This document shows, one piece after another, positions 12,055 through 25,880 of a stretch of 64,000 bases of DNA. Source of the stretch: Podarcis melisellensis (Eukaryota); the NCBI GenBank assembly GCA_964234715.1, contig OZ174275.1. One strand, written 5' to 3'. The notes below the pieces were generated by a model that was not told the DNA's origin, did no database searches, and saw only the letters and a list, made by a program, of their open reading frames with translations. Both the position numbers and the translations under genes were made by a program. Within the stretch, counting starts at the first letter, position 1; each line of letters begins with the position of its first letter.

Positions 12055-12135
12055 CTTTCCCTTCCTTTCCCTTCCTTTCCCTTCCTTTCCCTTCCTTTCC
12101 TTTCCCTTCCCTTCCCTTCCCTTCCCTTCCCATCC
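12055..12135 (+). repeat. (CTTTC/CTTCC)n polypyrimidine microsatellite
   Basis: Direct reading. Confidence 0.9.
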
Positions 12136-12184
12136 CATCCCAATGGCCCCTTAAGTTCATTTCAAAAGAAATTATTTAGCTCCC

Positions 12185-12423
12185 AGAGCCTTCTGGTGGT
12201 TCCCTCACTGCGGGGAAGTGAGGTTACAAGGAGCCTGGCTGAGGGCCTTCTTGGTAGTGGTGCCCGCCCTTTGGAACGCCCTCCCATCAGATGTCAAGGA
12301 AATAAGCAACTTTCTGAAGGCAGCCGTGTATAGGGAAGTTTTTAATATTTAATGTTTTATTATGTTTTTATATATGTTGGAAGCTGCCCAGAGTGGCTGG
12401 AGCAACCCAGTCAGATGGGCGAG

Positions 12424-12469
<46 letters not shown>

Positions 12470-12484
12470 CTTTATTATTATTAT
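12185..12484 (+). mobile_element. L2-clade LINE 3' end with (TTA)n tail
   Basis: LLVVPSLR... / ctttggaacgccctcccatcagatgtcaagg motif and shared 3' UTR. Confidence 0.8.
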
Positions 12485-13325
12485 TTGCCTCTTCTCTAGC
12501 TTGGGGAGCAGAGCAAGTTCTCATCTCCACCTTTCTGTTATACTTTAGTTGTTGACCCAACTTTGAATCATGACCCAGTGTAGAAAAAGCAGCAATACGT
12601 AAATTCCGCAGGGTCCCAGATGATATTTATGGCACCCGCCATTGCAATTCTGGGTTGAAGCAAATATCTCTGAGAAGAACACAAAAAAGTGACTATCAGA
12701 CAGTTTGTTAGAACATTGTTTTTTTGCTCTCAGAGTACTGCAAGGCAGCAGGAGTGGGACCAAGGATCAGGCCTCGTGTCCTGAAACATCCAAGCAGAGG
12801 GGCGAATGGGAAATGTCATATTGACTTAAAATGGAAATACTGGAAAATTCTCACTGAAATGTTTTGCTTTAAATGACAGAATGTGATTATGTGTAATCTT
12901 TGTTTTATTATGATAAAGTGCAAGCCTCATCTCTAGGATATTCTTTAATGAAAATCAGAAGTCAAATCCCAAACGTTGAAGGATAATGGATTTGTTTTAT
13001 ATCGTAAAGAGCATAAAAAAAACCCCAGGATGGAACATGTGAGGAAAAGCAGGCAGAGCAGAAGGCTTATTTCTCATCATCTTTCTTAATTTCGTCTGAA
13101 GTTTCTGCATCCCCAACTTCTGAGATTTGCTTGATTATTTATTTATTTCGCTCCGACAGTTTCAGCCCACAGGATATTTGCCCTACTTAAAATGCAGCAT
13201 GAGATTTAGAAAGGAGCAAAAATGATGCCAAGGTTGCGTGTTGCTTAAATACAAACTTCTAATGTTCACTAAACAAAAAACAAAAACCGTTTCCTTTTGC
13301 CCCTGCCATATTTGGCAGGCTGGAC

Positions 13326-13348
13326 TGTGTGTGTGTGTATGCATGTAT

Positions 13349-13383
<35 letters not shown>
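13326..13383. repeat. (TG)n-(CA)n self-complementary microsatellite
   Basis: Direct reading. Confidence 0.9.
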
Positions 13384-13384
<1 letters not shown>

Positions 13385-16320
13385 CGGGAGTACCCCAGCC
13401 CCCAGCCCCACCCCCAAACAATAGGAGGCAATGCTATTATAGTAAAATGGCTAGGAAAATCTAGTCAGGTGCCTGTCAGTCATGTTTTAGGTCAGAGGCA
13501 TGCATGCATTGCCAATTTCCATCTTAGATGCATACTCTATGTGGGACTACCCTTGAAGGCCATTTGGAAACAGCCTTTAACCCAGAACGTCAAGGTTATA
13601 GGCTAGTACTCACTGCCTGGAGCAATACATGTCCTTAGGCCACTTTATTGGTTCACAATTAGTTAACAATTGGTGCAGTTCTGAGTATTTGTTTTGCTAT
13701 TTACAATCCTAAAAAGTTTGGACCCAGGGTACTTAAAGGACAGCATGCTCCCATAAGAACCTGCCCATTTGCTTAAGTTATTGTTTGATGTCCTGCTGTA
13801 TGTCCTTCCTCCTTCTGAGGATAGGATGATGGCTGTTAATGTGAGAGATCTTTTCCGTGGTGGTCCTTTGGTTATAGAACTACATCTTCAGGAAGTTCTG
13901 TCTGCTATTCTTCTACCTCTCCTTCAGGAAACAGCTTAAAAGATTCCTATTCCGGTGGCATTTTGAGCTGGATGTGGCTTGAGTATTTATACTGATGTGA
14001 TTTATTTTGTTTGTTTGTTTGTTTGTTTATCTTGCTGCTAGGTGTTACGATTTGCATTGTTCTCGGTTGGATTTGATGAAGTGGCTTATATTTTTGTCTT
14101 TTTGTAATTGTATGGGTTGTCAGCCTCCTTGGTTTTAGGTAGAGCCAGAAGACAGGGTATAAACATGTTGTTGTTGTTGTTGTTGTTACCTTCTGCCTTT
14201 GAGTATATGGCTTTTCAGTGTTCTTTCTTCTATGATTCTCTGCCTCCTGAATGTAAATTGGAAAATTGATGTGCTTATTATTGAGTTAGAAGTTAATGTA
14301 ATTTGCTTCAAGCAATAGGTTGTATTCAATTGTTTCCATACACTGGCAGAAGGTTCGTTCCACTAGGGCTCTGGGTTAGCCGAATCCTGGCTGTTAAAAC
14401 TACACAGAAGCTGTTCCTTCAAAATCACCCTAATTCATGATGATTTGTCTAAAATGCATGTGTATCTTCCATGCCAGCAGCAGCTATCACCACAAATGTA
14501 CATCACTGGGGTGGAAGCCCTCCATGCGTGTGGTGCTATAAACCACATAATGAATATGCTGCTAGACTTTACAGCCCCAGGATTCAGGGCTCTTTTCAGC
14601 CCCTGCCATTTGGCGACTCGTTAATGCGTTAATTGGTGCAAGGACACTAAACAGCAGAAGTTCAATGCAAGGAGGGGTAAGCCTTTGCTGGCTAGATGCA
14701 GCCTGTGAAGCTTACATTACTCTCCTGCTGCTCTTTCCCTAAGGAGTATTGTGACAATGAAGATTGAAAAGTTAGGGCTTGTCCAAAAAGTACCTCAAGA
14801 TGAGCTTCCTATTTTAATCTTAAAATTTCAAAGCGTTATTTTAAAGAGATTGTTTTGTTGCATGTTTTCGCTAGAAATGTTGATATTTTTTATATTCTAA
14901 TAGGATGGATTTATCCTGAATTTTCATTATGGGTGTTTAAATGTTAATGCTTGTACTTCATAAGCCGCTTAGAAGCCTGTTTGGCTTTAAGTGGTACATT
15001 AATTGTTGTCCTGTTCACTCTGGTTCTTGTCGTATTCCGATTCTTGAGGACTAATGGTTTGGGGCCACGACTTCTGGTCCTGTCGCAGCATCATATCCTT
15101 GGCTGGCTCTGCCCTTCTGAGCTGTGTGAAGGAACCTATGAGAGTATAGCTGGCTTGTTACCTCTGCCAAACACATGTGGAAACCAGAGGAACAAAGCCA
15201 GACGGGTGAAGAAGCTGCAGACATGCCGTTGTCAAGAGCATGGCAAGGAAGCACAGTCCCACTTCCTCTCCATGCATTAGACCTCCACACGGATGGCTAA
15301 TGGGTGAATAGGGCAGCGGGCTACAATTGTTCCTTAAACATTGCCTGCTCCTACTCATCCAGAGGTACATAGGTGGGAGCCATTGTGTTCTGCATGGTGA
15401 ATACTGGCAAATCTTTTCCTTTCTCCTCTTTGGCCTCACTTAATTGAAAGTACACTCATTTGGAATCAAAGGGACTTTCTTCCAAGATGATTGCATTTGG
15501 GATCATGGTTTATTTGATGGCTACTGGCTAATCTTGTCTATCCAGGTGCTGATTGACCTCTAGATAAGGCCTTGCACTTGCAATGCTGAGAGCTTAGTGA
15601 GCAAGGGGTGCCAAGCATGCTCATTTCTCTCAGATCCAACAACTCTGATTACTTGTTTAGGGTGGCAGGACTGAATACATCAACAGACAAAGCTGTCCTA
15701 TACAGGGTCAGACCACTGGTAGATCTATCTCAGTACTAGCCGTGGCTCTCTAGAGTTTCAGGCAAAAGTCTTTTCCAGCCCTCCCTGGAGATGCCAGAGA
15801 CTGAAGCTGGGACTATCTGTGAGCAAAGTATGTGTTTTAGCAATAACTGACCTACAGGTTCTTCCTTTAGTTACCCCATTTTCCTCCCTCCCTCCCTTTC
15901 ATTGGGTGATCAGTGCCATTTGCTCTGCAAAGAGATTCTCATAGGCAGCAGTGAAGCACACATGCAGTCCAGTGCTGTGCATTAGGTTAGACTCCTTGGG
16001 CCAGAACAGTAGACACTAGCACTGTTCATTCCAGTGGTATTCACCAAAGAACCCAAGGCTTTTTCACAAGTCTTCTTCCCCACCCCACCCCCCAGCATTG
16101 GTGCACATGGCTGCCATGACTGTTAGAGCTAGAAAACAGATCAAGTCTACTAATTCTCAAAAAGACAATTGTAGGATGAAGGATATGCTGGGCCATCACT
16201 GTAAATGCTTCCCACCTTTCCGAGAGCTAATGCTAAGTCCTGAGATGAGACTTTTCAGTTGGGATGTTGTCACGTGTAACTAAATTGTGGTTTCTGTCAT
16301 CCTTCTTGGCTCTTCAACAG

Positions 16321-16429
16321 TTTGCAATCAAAATTGACCAAGTTGAAGATTTCCTGCGGAATTCCCAAGAGTTTGAGAATCCAGAATCTCTGAGAGCAAT
16401 CCTGCATCAGCATGAACAACATACAAGAG
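16321..16429 (+). CDS. CCDC141: CCDC141 coding exon (approx. exon 4), 109 nt, phase 0-1
   Basis: ttcaacag|TTT...AGA G|gtacag; FAIKIDQVEDFLRNSQEFENPESLRAILHQHEQHTR, in frame with previous exon. Confidence 0.93.
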
Positions 16430-16736
16430 GTACAGATGGATATTCCCCCCTTCTTTAATTTAGAAGATTCCTAATTATTACATATTTAGAATTGGGTCGT
16501 GGATAAATGCTGCTCCGCTTCTGTTGAAGGAAGTGAAAATCTAAAGTAATTTTTCTGGACTGCTGTTCTAATTTTACTAGTACTTGAAATTATAAACATG
16601 TAAAGGTTTGCCTACCTTTCCTTATTCTATCTATTTTCATTTCTTTCCTCCCTCCCCTTTCCTTACTTTTTTAAAAAACCGTTCCATTTCTCCCTAGAGC
16701 CCAGTCTTGCCTGATTTTCAGTGCAGTCTATCATAG

Positions 16737-17525
16737 GAAGGAAGTTGAGCAGTTGGGGGAGTAGTGCAGGAAAAACAACTTACTCCTTAACCTAAAGAAA
16801 ACAAAATAGATTATTGTGGACTTTAGGAAATGTAAATTGAATATTCAGCCACTTATTATTGAGGGGAAGCGTGTGGAGCAGATCTTGGTGTTTCGATTTC
16901 TGGGAATGGAGTTGAGAGATGACTTAACTTGGGGAGAAAACAGCAAAGACCTGATGAAAAGAGCACAGCAGAGGTTATATTTTCTGAGAATCCTCTAGAA
17001 AAATAATCTCTCAAAGGACCTGTTGATGGCATTTTACCATTGTACTGTTGAGAGTGTATTAACTCATGGTCTGTGTGTGTGGTTTGGGAGCTGCAAGGTC
17101 AGGGAAAAAACAATGTTGTCCAGGGTTGTAAAGACTGCGGAGAGAATAATTGGGTGCACTCTCCCTACCTTGGATCAAATCTATGCTTCCAGGTGCCATA
17201 AGAAAGCTGCAGAGATAGTGCAGGATAGTGCGCACCCCACAAAATGATCTCTTTCAGCTTTTGCCTTCTGGAAGAAGGTACAGGGTTATAAAGACTAGGA
17301 CTAGCCACCTGAGAAACAGTTTCTATTCAAATGCGATTTTGGTTTCAAACGCAGTGTAAGGTAGTCTCTATGGGAGTATATTGTATTTAATTATGGGGTA
17401 TCAGAGTTTTTAGGGGGCTAAGCAGGCTGGGATAGCTGGGATAGCAGGCTTGTTGGTTTTTGAATGTTTGATGTAGATTTTTAATTTCGTTGTTCTGTAT
17501 GGGACAATGACAATAAAGATTATCG
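16737..17525 (+). mobile_element. Rex1/Babar LINE, 5'-truncated and degenerate
   Basis: VDFRK...FRFLG...DLTW...KRAQQRLYFLR...FYHCTVESVLT...VWFG...LFQLLPSGRRYR; AATAAA and tatcg tail; TSD tatcatag (16729-16736, 17526-17533). Confidence 0.88.
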
Positions 17526-18659
17526 TATCATAGTGGGTGGGAACCTGTGGCTTGACTTCCTGTGAGTTGGAGGTCCGGAGAAGAGAAGGAGTGGGAAAGG
17601 GAGAAGCTTAATGTGTGGAACAGCAGGAGGTCTGGGCAAAAAATCCCTCTTCAGCGAATCAGTTCAGGCCTCTGGCCAGAGTGATGTGTCCCTCTCCAAG
17701 CGAGGCGTGAGTGAGCACCCCAAAAGCTTCTCCTGAGGCTTAAGGGTCCTCAGCAATAGTGTGGAACATATGGGGCAATAGATGAGGGTGCCCTCCCCCA
17801 AATCTATAGATGAGGGTAGTTCTCTCAGATCAAATGGAAGGTACTTTCTGCAGCCATAGTGGAGCCTGTTGAAGACGACGTAAGCCTGATTTCTCCCCTC
17901 CTCCAGCAGTCCATGTGCTCCATCATACTATTGAGGTTCCCCAACCCTCCGGTTCAAAAGGCTTTTCATGAGCTTTAGCAGAGAGTAAAGGGTTGAGAAT
18001 TCCCCAGCTTCAGTACTCCTTGTACTTATAGTAGGTTGGATGCAATCCCAAAGGAGATGGGTAATTACAATTGCATAGCACAGCAGGATAGCATCTGTCT
18101 CCAGAAACATATCTTAAAAAGCTTGGGGCTTCCTTCTAAGTAATTGTAAAAGACAGGGTCAGGCTGGCCTCCTGTTTGGAGTAAGGTGCTAGGAATTCTC
18201 GCTTGCCACCCTGCCTGCCAGCTCTCAGCTCATCTACTAGCCAGCCTCGCTTCCAGGCTACCAGCCCTGATGCTGGAAAGCAATCTGAAACCGGAACCAA
18301 AAATATGCCACAATTCAGAAACGAAACGAATAGTCCCGGGGGAGTGGACATTGGATGAGTTTTACAGTTTTGCCTGCCACAAATATGCAATTGGGTATAT
18401 TCCAGAGGAAATGGAATGATGGATTTTTACAATGCAGTAAGCGTGGCTTCGTGGTGTTCAGCCGAAATATTTATGACAAGTTTTGCATGGGAAAACAAGT
18501 ATGTTCCAAATTTCAGTGTACGCTGCATTTCAGGGAAATGACATTTAAAAACAAAACTGAAAACACCCAGCAGCAAATCTTGGAAGCCTGCAATTGGCTT
18601 GAGCCGAGCCACCTGGCAGCTGGGCCTAGTTTAGTGGGACTCATCTTGGCATACATTTC

Positions 18660-18985
18660 TCTGGGAAAGACAATTACCATGACTTTGGAGACCTGCGCTC
18701 AAAATGGTATCTGTCAAAGTAGTTTTAAGCAGAGATGCACCCTTGGAACATGGAAGGATAGGAGCCAAAGACATTGGAAGCAAGGTCTGTCAGGGATGAC
18801 CAAGCCTTGGTGCAGGACCAGTGTTGAGAGTTGGCATGATGGCATATATGCCGGTGCCTCACAGTCTGGGCAGGGGACCTGCTGCCAAACGCCACCTGCA
18901 GTGAGGAGGCAGACTCAATGAGGGAGGACAGAGAGTCCAGGGATGGTATCTTGCCCAATGGTCTTCAGAAAAACTGAAGCCATCC
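18660..18985 (+). mobile_element. Possible old degenerate RTE-type LINE 3' fragment
   Basis: Weak resemblance to RTE C-terminal RPAL..IC...W.DRS..W motif; boundaries uncertain. Confidence 0.3.
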
Positions 18986-20852
18986 TTGATCGGTGGCAAG
19001 AGGCAACTCACAGTTTCCTAGGGACTGTGGCTTACACAATCCATTATGCTTATACACAACCTATATACCGGTCAAATCAGATGGCTTGGGTGTTTGCCAG
19101 TCCGGATTTGAACAATCTTTGGTTGAACAGTGCTCCTTTGCAGGCCTGTCTGCTCTAGCTGACGCCACTCTGCATGGAACTATAGAACTTAGTTTCTGAT
19201 TCCAGAACCCGACAGCGTTTTTTTATTGGGTGCATACCTTCATTTTACTCCTCACCCAGGTAATGCCAAAAAACGCAATCAGTTTGTGGCACTGGGCAAT
19301 TGTGTGCTGTATAGGTATCCGGTTCAGTGCTGTTGTCCATCATTGCTGGGAGGCTGGATTAGCAGGATAAAAAGGAAGCCGCAGGCAATGATCTGGCAAC
19401 ATGGAAAGGAAATGCGCAGCAGTCACATTTCCATTTTATGTTGTATCTAGGTATTTAGGATGACTCCGCCCTAGGCAACTGCTGTTTGATACACCATCTG
19501 AAAGTGTCTGTTTCTGTAAAAGCTGCAAAAATACAGCTCCAAGGCTCTTAGCTGCCAGAAACTACACAGAGAAGCTGATGGGATATTTAAAGGGCTTTTA
19601 AAAAAGCAATGCTAGTTTTAGCACAGTGATGCCAGCAAACGGCAATTGGGTACAGTAGAGAGAAAGCTCACAAGACGCCTTCAGTGGCACTATGCAGTTA
19701 AAGCATACGCCGTCCAAGAAGTTTAGACCCAAAGGGTGTGTGGTTTCTAAAACAGCTCCTTGTGTATTTCACTCCCTCAATTCTTATTATTTATTACAAG
19801 TGGGAACGAAATGTTGCAATGTTCTCTTACCTTCTAGCATAAATGCAGCAGTTTATTGGAGGTCCCACCTGTGATAAATATTAATAAAATTGGGATCTCA
19901 AGGAGGGCTTTCTCCCCCCACCCCTGGATTCTGTTTTTCTTTTTTGCCTGAGGTAGAACAAGCCATAGTGTCTGAACATACTGAATCCTCATTGGGTGGC
20001 TGTTTTGGGGAGGGGGAACATGACCCCTTAGGGTTTCTTTTAAATTAAATTTGTTCTTGTGCGAACTTCAGGGTTTACCTGAACATGTTGTTTATATAAA
20101 GCCTTTTGGATACACAGGCCAGCTCTTATTGCTTAATACCTAGCAGTCTAAAGATTTTTTGTTTCAGAGGCTACCTCAACCTTCCAGAGCAGATTTACAG
20201 GGGGTGTGGGGCAGAGTGGGGGCACAGGGAGAGGAGAAGGAGGGGAAGTTTTCATTGTGCGGTTAAAACTCATTGCACTAATTTAGCTGGATCCCACCCA
20301 ACATATTTAAGTAACCTAGGATTTGCATGAGGCACCCATTTCCTTTTGAGCGACTAGGGTTGTTATCCAATATATGGATGTTGGTTCAACAAAGTCCTTG
20401 CATGCTTTTCGTATTATTTAAATGAGTATGTGATGGCATGCCACGTTCCTTACTGTAAACATCACTCCTATGGATGTTCGTTTTCTGCGTTTGAGGGAGG
20501 AAGCTATCTTTCTATGAGAAGATTGAATGAAGGAATAAAAGGGAAGGCTATTCTTAAAAAGAAAAGAAAAATATAGCAAGATACAACCAAGAGTATGTCC
20601 CCCAACAGTTAGAGCTTGTTCAGAGCTGTACCTTTGTAGGGTAATGTACAAAACAGTCTAGCTAGGGAACACTTTGTACAGGTTCTTAAAAACTGGAGTC
20701 AGCTTTACCACTTAAAACCATTTGGTCACTACTCTTAATTGTGATCTAGAATATATACCAGTTTTCCCCAGTCTGGTGACCTCAAGAGGTTTTGCTAGCT
20801 GGGGCAGATGGGATTATAGCCTAAAACATTTGGAGAGCACTAGGTTGAGGAA

Positions 20853-21181
20853 CACGGGTGGCGCTGTGGATTAAACCACAAGGCCTAGGGCTTGCCGATT
20901 AGAAGGTTGGCGGTTCGAATCCCCACGATGGGGTGAGCTCCCGTTGCTCGGTCCCTGCTCCTGCCAACCTAGCAGTTTGAAAGCACGAAGTGCAAGTAGA
21001 TAAATAGGTACTGCTCCAGCAGGAAGGTAAATGGCTGCTCTGGTTTTGCCAGAAGCGCCTTAGTCATGCTGGCCACATGACCCGGAAGCTGTACGCCAGC
21101 TTCCTCAGCCAATAAAGCGAGATGAGCGCCGCAACCCCAGGGTCGTCCGCGACTGGACCTAACGGTCAGGGGTCCCTTTAC
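20853..21181 (+). mobile_element. Sauria SINE, full length, nested in a hAT MITE
   Basis: tRNA-like head (gtggcgctgtgg...ggttcgaatcc), cctttacc tail; 13-bp TSD ctaggttgaggaa. Confidence 0.92.
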
Positions 21182-21283
21182 CTAGGTTGAGGAAGGCTGG
21201 GATACAGAACCTGGTTCTCTCTGTAAATGAGTTTAACATAGAAACTGCGTTTGATTTCAGTGGAGGTGTAAAATAACAACAAC

Positions 21284-21455
21284 AATTTTATTATTTATAT
21301 GTCGCCCATCTGATTGGATTGCCCCAGCCACCCTGGGCAGCTTCCAACAAAGTATTAAAAAACATAAAAACTCAAACATTAAAAAAAAATCTACCTTCAG
21401 ATGCCTTCAGATGTCTTTGAAAATTCAGATAGCTGTTTATTTCCTTGACATTTGA
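21284..21455 (-). mobile_element. L2-clade LINE 3' end
   Basis: Reverse complement of 12290-12430. Confidence 0.75.
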
Positions 21456-22272
21456 TATATTTCCAGGCCTGAATAAACTGATATGTTTTAATTGCTATAA
21501 AAACAGTATTTCCACACAGTGATCCCTGCCATATAAACATTACAAATATGACACTAAAGCATCTTGTGGAAACTAAGGACAATTGAAATGTATTTGAAAA
21601 GCCTTTCTAATCCTTCATGAGTTTATTGCTCCCACTGAGATTTAGACATGTGGTTTTAGTCAAATGTTATGTTTACAATAAATTTAAATTGCAGTTGATA
21701 GTTTGATGCAACAGTAACTACTTTCATATTTTTAAAATCTCTTCTCTCTCTCTCGCTTTTGCATGGTTGAGTCTAGCTGGTTCAGAAGCTAGTGGCTTGA
21801 ATCGTATGTAATTCTGTTCAAGACGACAGAATAGTGAATTGAAGCCTGGTCACTTTAATATGTGTTTGGTGGTCTCAATTCAATCTCCATTGGTGTGAAG
21901 CGTTCATCATCACACAGCAATTTGGCCTTGGAACAGTTGATAGTGATTGATTGCCATTGCAAAAAAAGAGGTCCATCACTGAAAACAATCAAATGAAATT
22001 GTTTGCCACAAGGAAAACGGTCTTGAAAAATATGGCTTTCCCCCAAAGGGGCAAGAGTTTCTATCCAATACCATTTATTCTTTGTTTTTACGTCTTTTCA
22101 GAAAGATAAGGATTCAGAAGTGGGTAGTTATGTATGTAATTAAAATTGTCTTCTGTATTGTTCACTTTGTGGTGTGGGCAGCTGAATCAGATTTGACGAA
22201 CGTGTAAGCAGATGAGGAGAAAATACTCCAGTCATTAATGAAGTATAGTCATTACCTCAGTTTTGCCAAAAC

Positions 22273-22277
<5 letters not shown>

Positions 22278-22323
<46 letters not shown>
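22278..22323 (+). repeat. (CT)n microsatellite
   Basis: Direct reading. Confidence 0.95.
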
Positions 22324-22327
<4 letters not shown>

Positions 22328-22365
22328 CTTTCTACCCACCTGCACTAAACCTTTAAAATTGTATC

Positions 22366-22616
22366 ATTAAACAGCCATGACCTGCCACAAAGAATCATGG
22401 GAACTGTAGTTTGCTTGGTGCTGAGGGTTGTTAGGAGACCCCCTATTCCCCTTACAGAGCTACAGTTCTCAGAGTGGTTTAACAATTGGTCTCCCTTCCC
22501 AGAGCACTCTGGGAAATGTAGCTCTGTGAGGTGAATAAGGGTCTACTAACATGTTTCAGCACCATGCAAACTACAGTTTCCAGGATTCTTTGGGAGGGGA
22601 GCCAGCACTGTTTAAA
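22366..22616. mobile_element. Long palindromic MITE (approx. 250 bp); partial relative at approx. 48940-49315
   Basis: caaagaatcatgggaactgtagtttgc...gcaaactacagtttccaggattctttg and inner acagagctaca/tgtagctctgt arms. Confidence 0.7.
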
Positions 22617-22950
22617 GTAGCATGGTGCTTCTTTTAAATGTGGCCATATTTTCTTTCTTGATATGTCTGGTGGTGTTTTTCAGTTCTCAACTCTGTCCTG
22701 CTGGCCTGAAATTAGATAAACAAATGAGGCATGTATCATTTGTCCACTCTAACCCCTGCATTTGGCCTAACTCTGCCCATTCTCCCATTAGCCTTGACTT
22801 TATTGCAAAATGTTGGCTGAATTGCTTCTGGGGATACAGCTTAAGGGTATAGGTCATGGGATGCCAAGGTGGCGAACCCTCCAGGTGTTTGGGCTCCAAC
22901 TCTTATCAGCTTCAGCCAACATGGTTGATGGTCAAGGTTGATGGGATTTA

Positions 22951-23192
22951 CAGTGCTGCTTTGGGTTACATATGCTTCAGGTTACATACGCTTCAGGTTA
23001 CAGACTCTGCTAACCCAGAAGTAGTACCTCGGGTTAAGAACTTTGCTTCAGGATGAGAACAGAAATCGTGCTCCAGCGGCATGGCAGCAGCGGGAGGCCC
23101 CATTAGCTAAAGTGGTGCTTCAGGTTAAGAACAGTTTCAGGTTAAGAATGGACCTCTGGAACGAATTAAGTACTTAACCCGAGGTACCACTG
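22951..23192. mobile_element. Tc1/mariner MITE copy 2, nested in hAT MITE
   Basis: Same family as 2438-2658; TA TSD splits gggattTA|tagtcc of host element. Confidence 0.85.
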
Positions 23193-24193
23193 TATAGTCC
23201 AAAAACATCTAGAGAGCACCTCATTGGCTACCCCAGGTATAAGTGATTCAGCGCTGCATTTCACATTCGATTTTTGACAGATACTCTCTGAAGAGGAACA
23301 CCTTTGTCAAAGCATTTATGTATTATCATTTTGACATAAAATTAACATGCATCTCAGGGGCATTTCTCCCGAGAAGGCACAGATGTCTTTCAAAAGCAGA
23401 GCAATAAGATGTCTCTCCCCCCCGACCCGTTCCCAATCAAATCACATTCTGAGGCTTTTCTCATTATATCAAGAGAAAGTTTTATCCCCTGTAAATTACA
23501 CCATGTCTGCTGTTTTGTGATTTTTTTCATCAGTTGCAATAATCACTATTTGTCAAGACTCTGGGAAATGTCAATTGGTAAGAGCGTCTGTGTGGTAATG
23601 AACATGTGAAGTACTTGAGCAAATTGTTCTGCCAGAGAGAGAGAGAGAATGTTGGCACTTATATGCTGAACTCTGCCCTTTTGTGTTTTTGAGAAAAAAT
23701 AATTTTAGTGGTGGTGCTCAGACTGCCTATTATCATATTGTGATGGCTACACATTGCTGCACAGTGTTTTCTTTCCCCCGCCCCCTCACAAAATGTAAGG
23801 CATTTTGAACAAGTATTGCAGTGGAAATGTGCAAATGTATATAAATACCACTGGCATAATATGCAAATTACATGCTCAATATTTTGGGCTTCAGAAGCTG
23901 TCGGCCCTGCCCAATAATATGCAGATGTCTGAATTGCTTCTGTGATAAGTCACCTGGTAATAAATGTTGTGTTTGCTGAATGTCATCACTGCCCTCTGCT
24001 GGATATAACATTAATGTGTATTTGAATCCCTATCAGTACAGGTTTGGTTTGGTTTATACCCCTGCCAGCTGAAAGCCAGATCACACATTTTTTTCAAATA
24101 TTGTGTAGTTCACAGCTGAATAATGCAGCTTTTCTACTGAAAGCCAGAGAAGAGATACGTAGCCTTGGTCTTGGGTAGTTTATGTGCTGTATA

Positions 24194-24549
24194 GGTAAAG
24201 GTACCCCTGCCCGTACGGGCCAGTCTTGACAGACTCTGGGGTTGTGCGCCCATCTCACTTAAGAGGCCAGGGGCCAGCGCGGTCCGGAGACACTTCCGGG
24301 TCACGTGGCCAGTGTGACATTGCTGCTCTGGCGAGCCAGAGCTGCACACAGAAACGCCGTTTACCTTCCCGCTGGTAAGCGGTCCCTATTTATCTACTTG
24401 CACCCGGAGGTGCTTTCGAACTGCTAGGTTGGCAGGCGCTGGGACCGAGCAGCAGGAGCGCACCCCGCCGCAGGGATTCGAACCGCCGACCTTTCGATCG
24501 GCAAGTCCTAGGCGCTGAGGCTTTAACCCACAGCGCCACCTGCGTCCCC
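24194..24549 (-). mobile_element. Sauria SINE, full length, distinct subfamily
   Basis: Head cacagcgccacctgcgtcccc (reverse complement), ggtaaaggta tail; 12-bp TSD atgtgctgtata. Confidence 0.92.
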
Positions 24550-24681
24550 ATGTGCTGTATACAGCACAATAAAATACAAGTTACACATTTAGAGATCAGG
24601 TAGGGCAGAACTTTCCAGACTTCTTGTTGGTGGGACACTTTTTAGACATGCATCATTTTGTGACACCGTAATTCAGTTTTA

Positions 24682-24888
24682 CAGTGGTACCTCGGGTTAC
24701 ATACGCTTCAGGTTACAGACTCTGCTAACCCAGAAATAGTGCTTCAGGATAAGAACAGAAATCGTGCAGCAGTGGCGCAGCGGCAGCAGGAGGCCCCATT
24801 AGCTAAAGTGGCGCTTCAGGTTAAGAACAGTTTCAGGTTAAGTACGGACCTCCGGAACGAATTAAGTACTTAACCCGAGGTACCACTG
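24682..24888. mobile_element. Tc1/mariner MITE copy 3, nested in hAT-like element 24606-25019
   Basis: TIR cagtggtacctcgggtta, TA TSD; host termini cagaactttcca / tggaaagctctg. Confidence 0.88.
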
Positions 24889-25299
24889 TACTAGCAAACC
24901 GGAGGTTAAACTAACCCATTTCCAGCCCCAGAAGGAACACAGGGAGCATTCATGTGGCACACCTACACACTGCAGCCAACACACTAAAGTGTCACAACAC
25001 ACAGTTTTGGAAAGCTCTGAGTTCGAGAGCTGCAGTGTGTTTGAGGTATACTGTGCTTAGAACCTGAGGTAGTATGTGGATAGAAGCTACAGACCCAGGG
25101 AAACTGAATGTGCCACAATGAAGGGGTGTGTGTGGAGAGACAGTTCTATGGTTTATCTTCTACTTAGATATATGACAGGGAATCTTAGATATATATGCCA
25201 ATAATCCTTTTGCACGTGGTCCACCCTGAACATCACACCATGTATGAGGAATTAACCACCTTTCTTCTCTCTGCCTATTCCCCTCCCCCTCCGCCACAG

Positions 25300-25553
25300 A
25301 GCTCTTAGAAAAGTCTCTGGTCCTCTTGAACAAAAGCCACGACCTTACCGAATTCATAGAGGAGTTCAAATCTGATGGGCCGAATGTGAACCCAGAATTC
25401 GTTCAGGGAGCCCACAGCAGCTGCACGAAAATTGGCAGCCTCCTCGAAGTCCTGCAGGACAGGAGAAGGCAACTGGACAAATACCTGAAGCTGCAGCGCC
25501 AAGGACTGGAGCAGGTCTTGCAAATCTGCCAGTGGCATCACCAGGAAAACCAG
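25300..25553 (+). CDS. CCDC141: CCDC141 coding exon (approx. exon 5), 254 nt, phase 1-0
   Basis: ccacag|AG CTC...CAG|gtagga; (E)[33 protein letters not shown]...[13 protein letters not shown]...[11 protein letters not shown]. Confidence 0.93.
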
Positions 25554-25880
25554 GTAGGAAAGAGAGACATTTATAACTGTATATATAAATGCATGCATGC
25601 AAACAGGACTGCGAAGTGAGGCTTTAATGTGATCAGATAAAGCACATGGATGGGATGCGATATTGGTGTGATCATTAGGCTTGCACCCAGTGGGACTCAA
25701 ATCTGAGTAACAGTAGCCCTATTTATTGTGTTATTCATGTGCACGGCCTTACCGTGATTACTTCGAGCGGGGGAAGGGGCAGAGGAAGGGGTGGGGGGTG
25801 CGGTCCACTGAGGGGGTGACAAAATGACGGGCAGCACTCACCACGGGGCCTGCAGAGCGCCAGAGCCACACGTCTCTCCT

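Noticed and set aside
18355-18921. 188-aa ORF, the longest in the track
   Set aside because: No recognisable domain or splice context; partly overlaps a probable decayed LINE fragment.
20853-20935. tRNA genes at SINE heads (also 25889, 41790, 49033, 56445)
   Set aside because: A/B boxes run straight into SINE bodies and tails; no complete cloverleaf.
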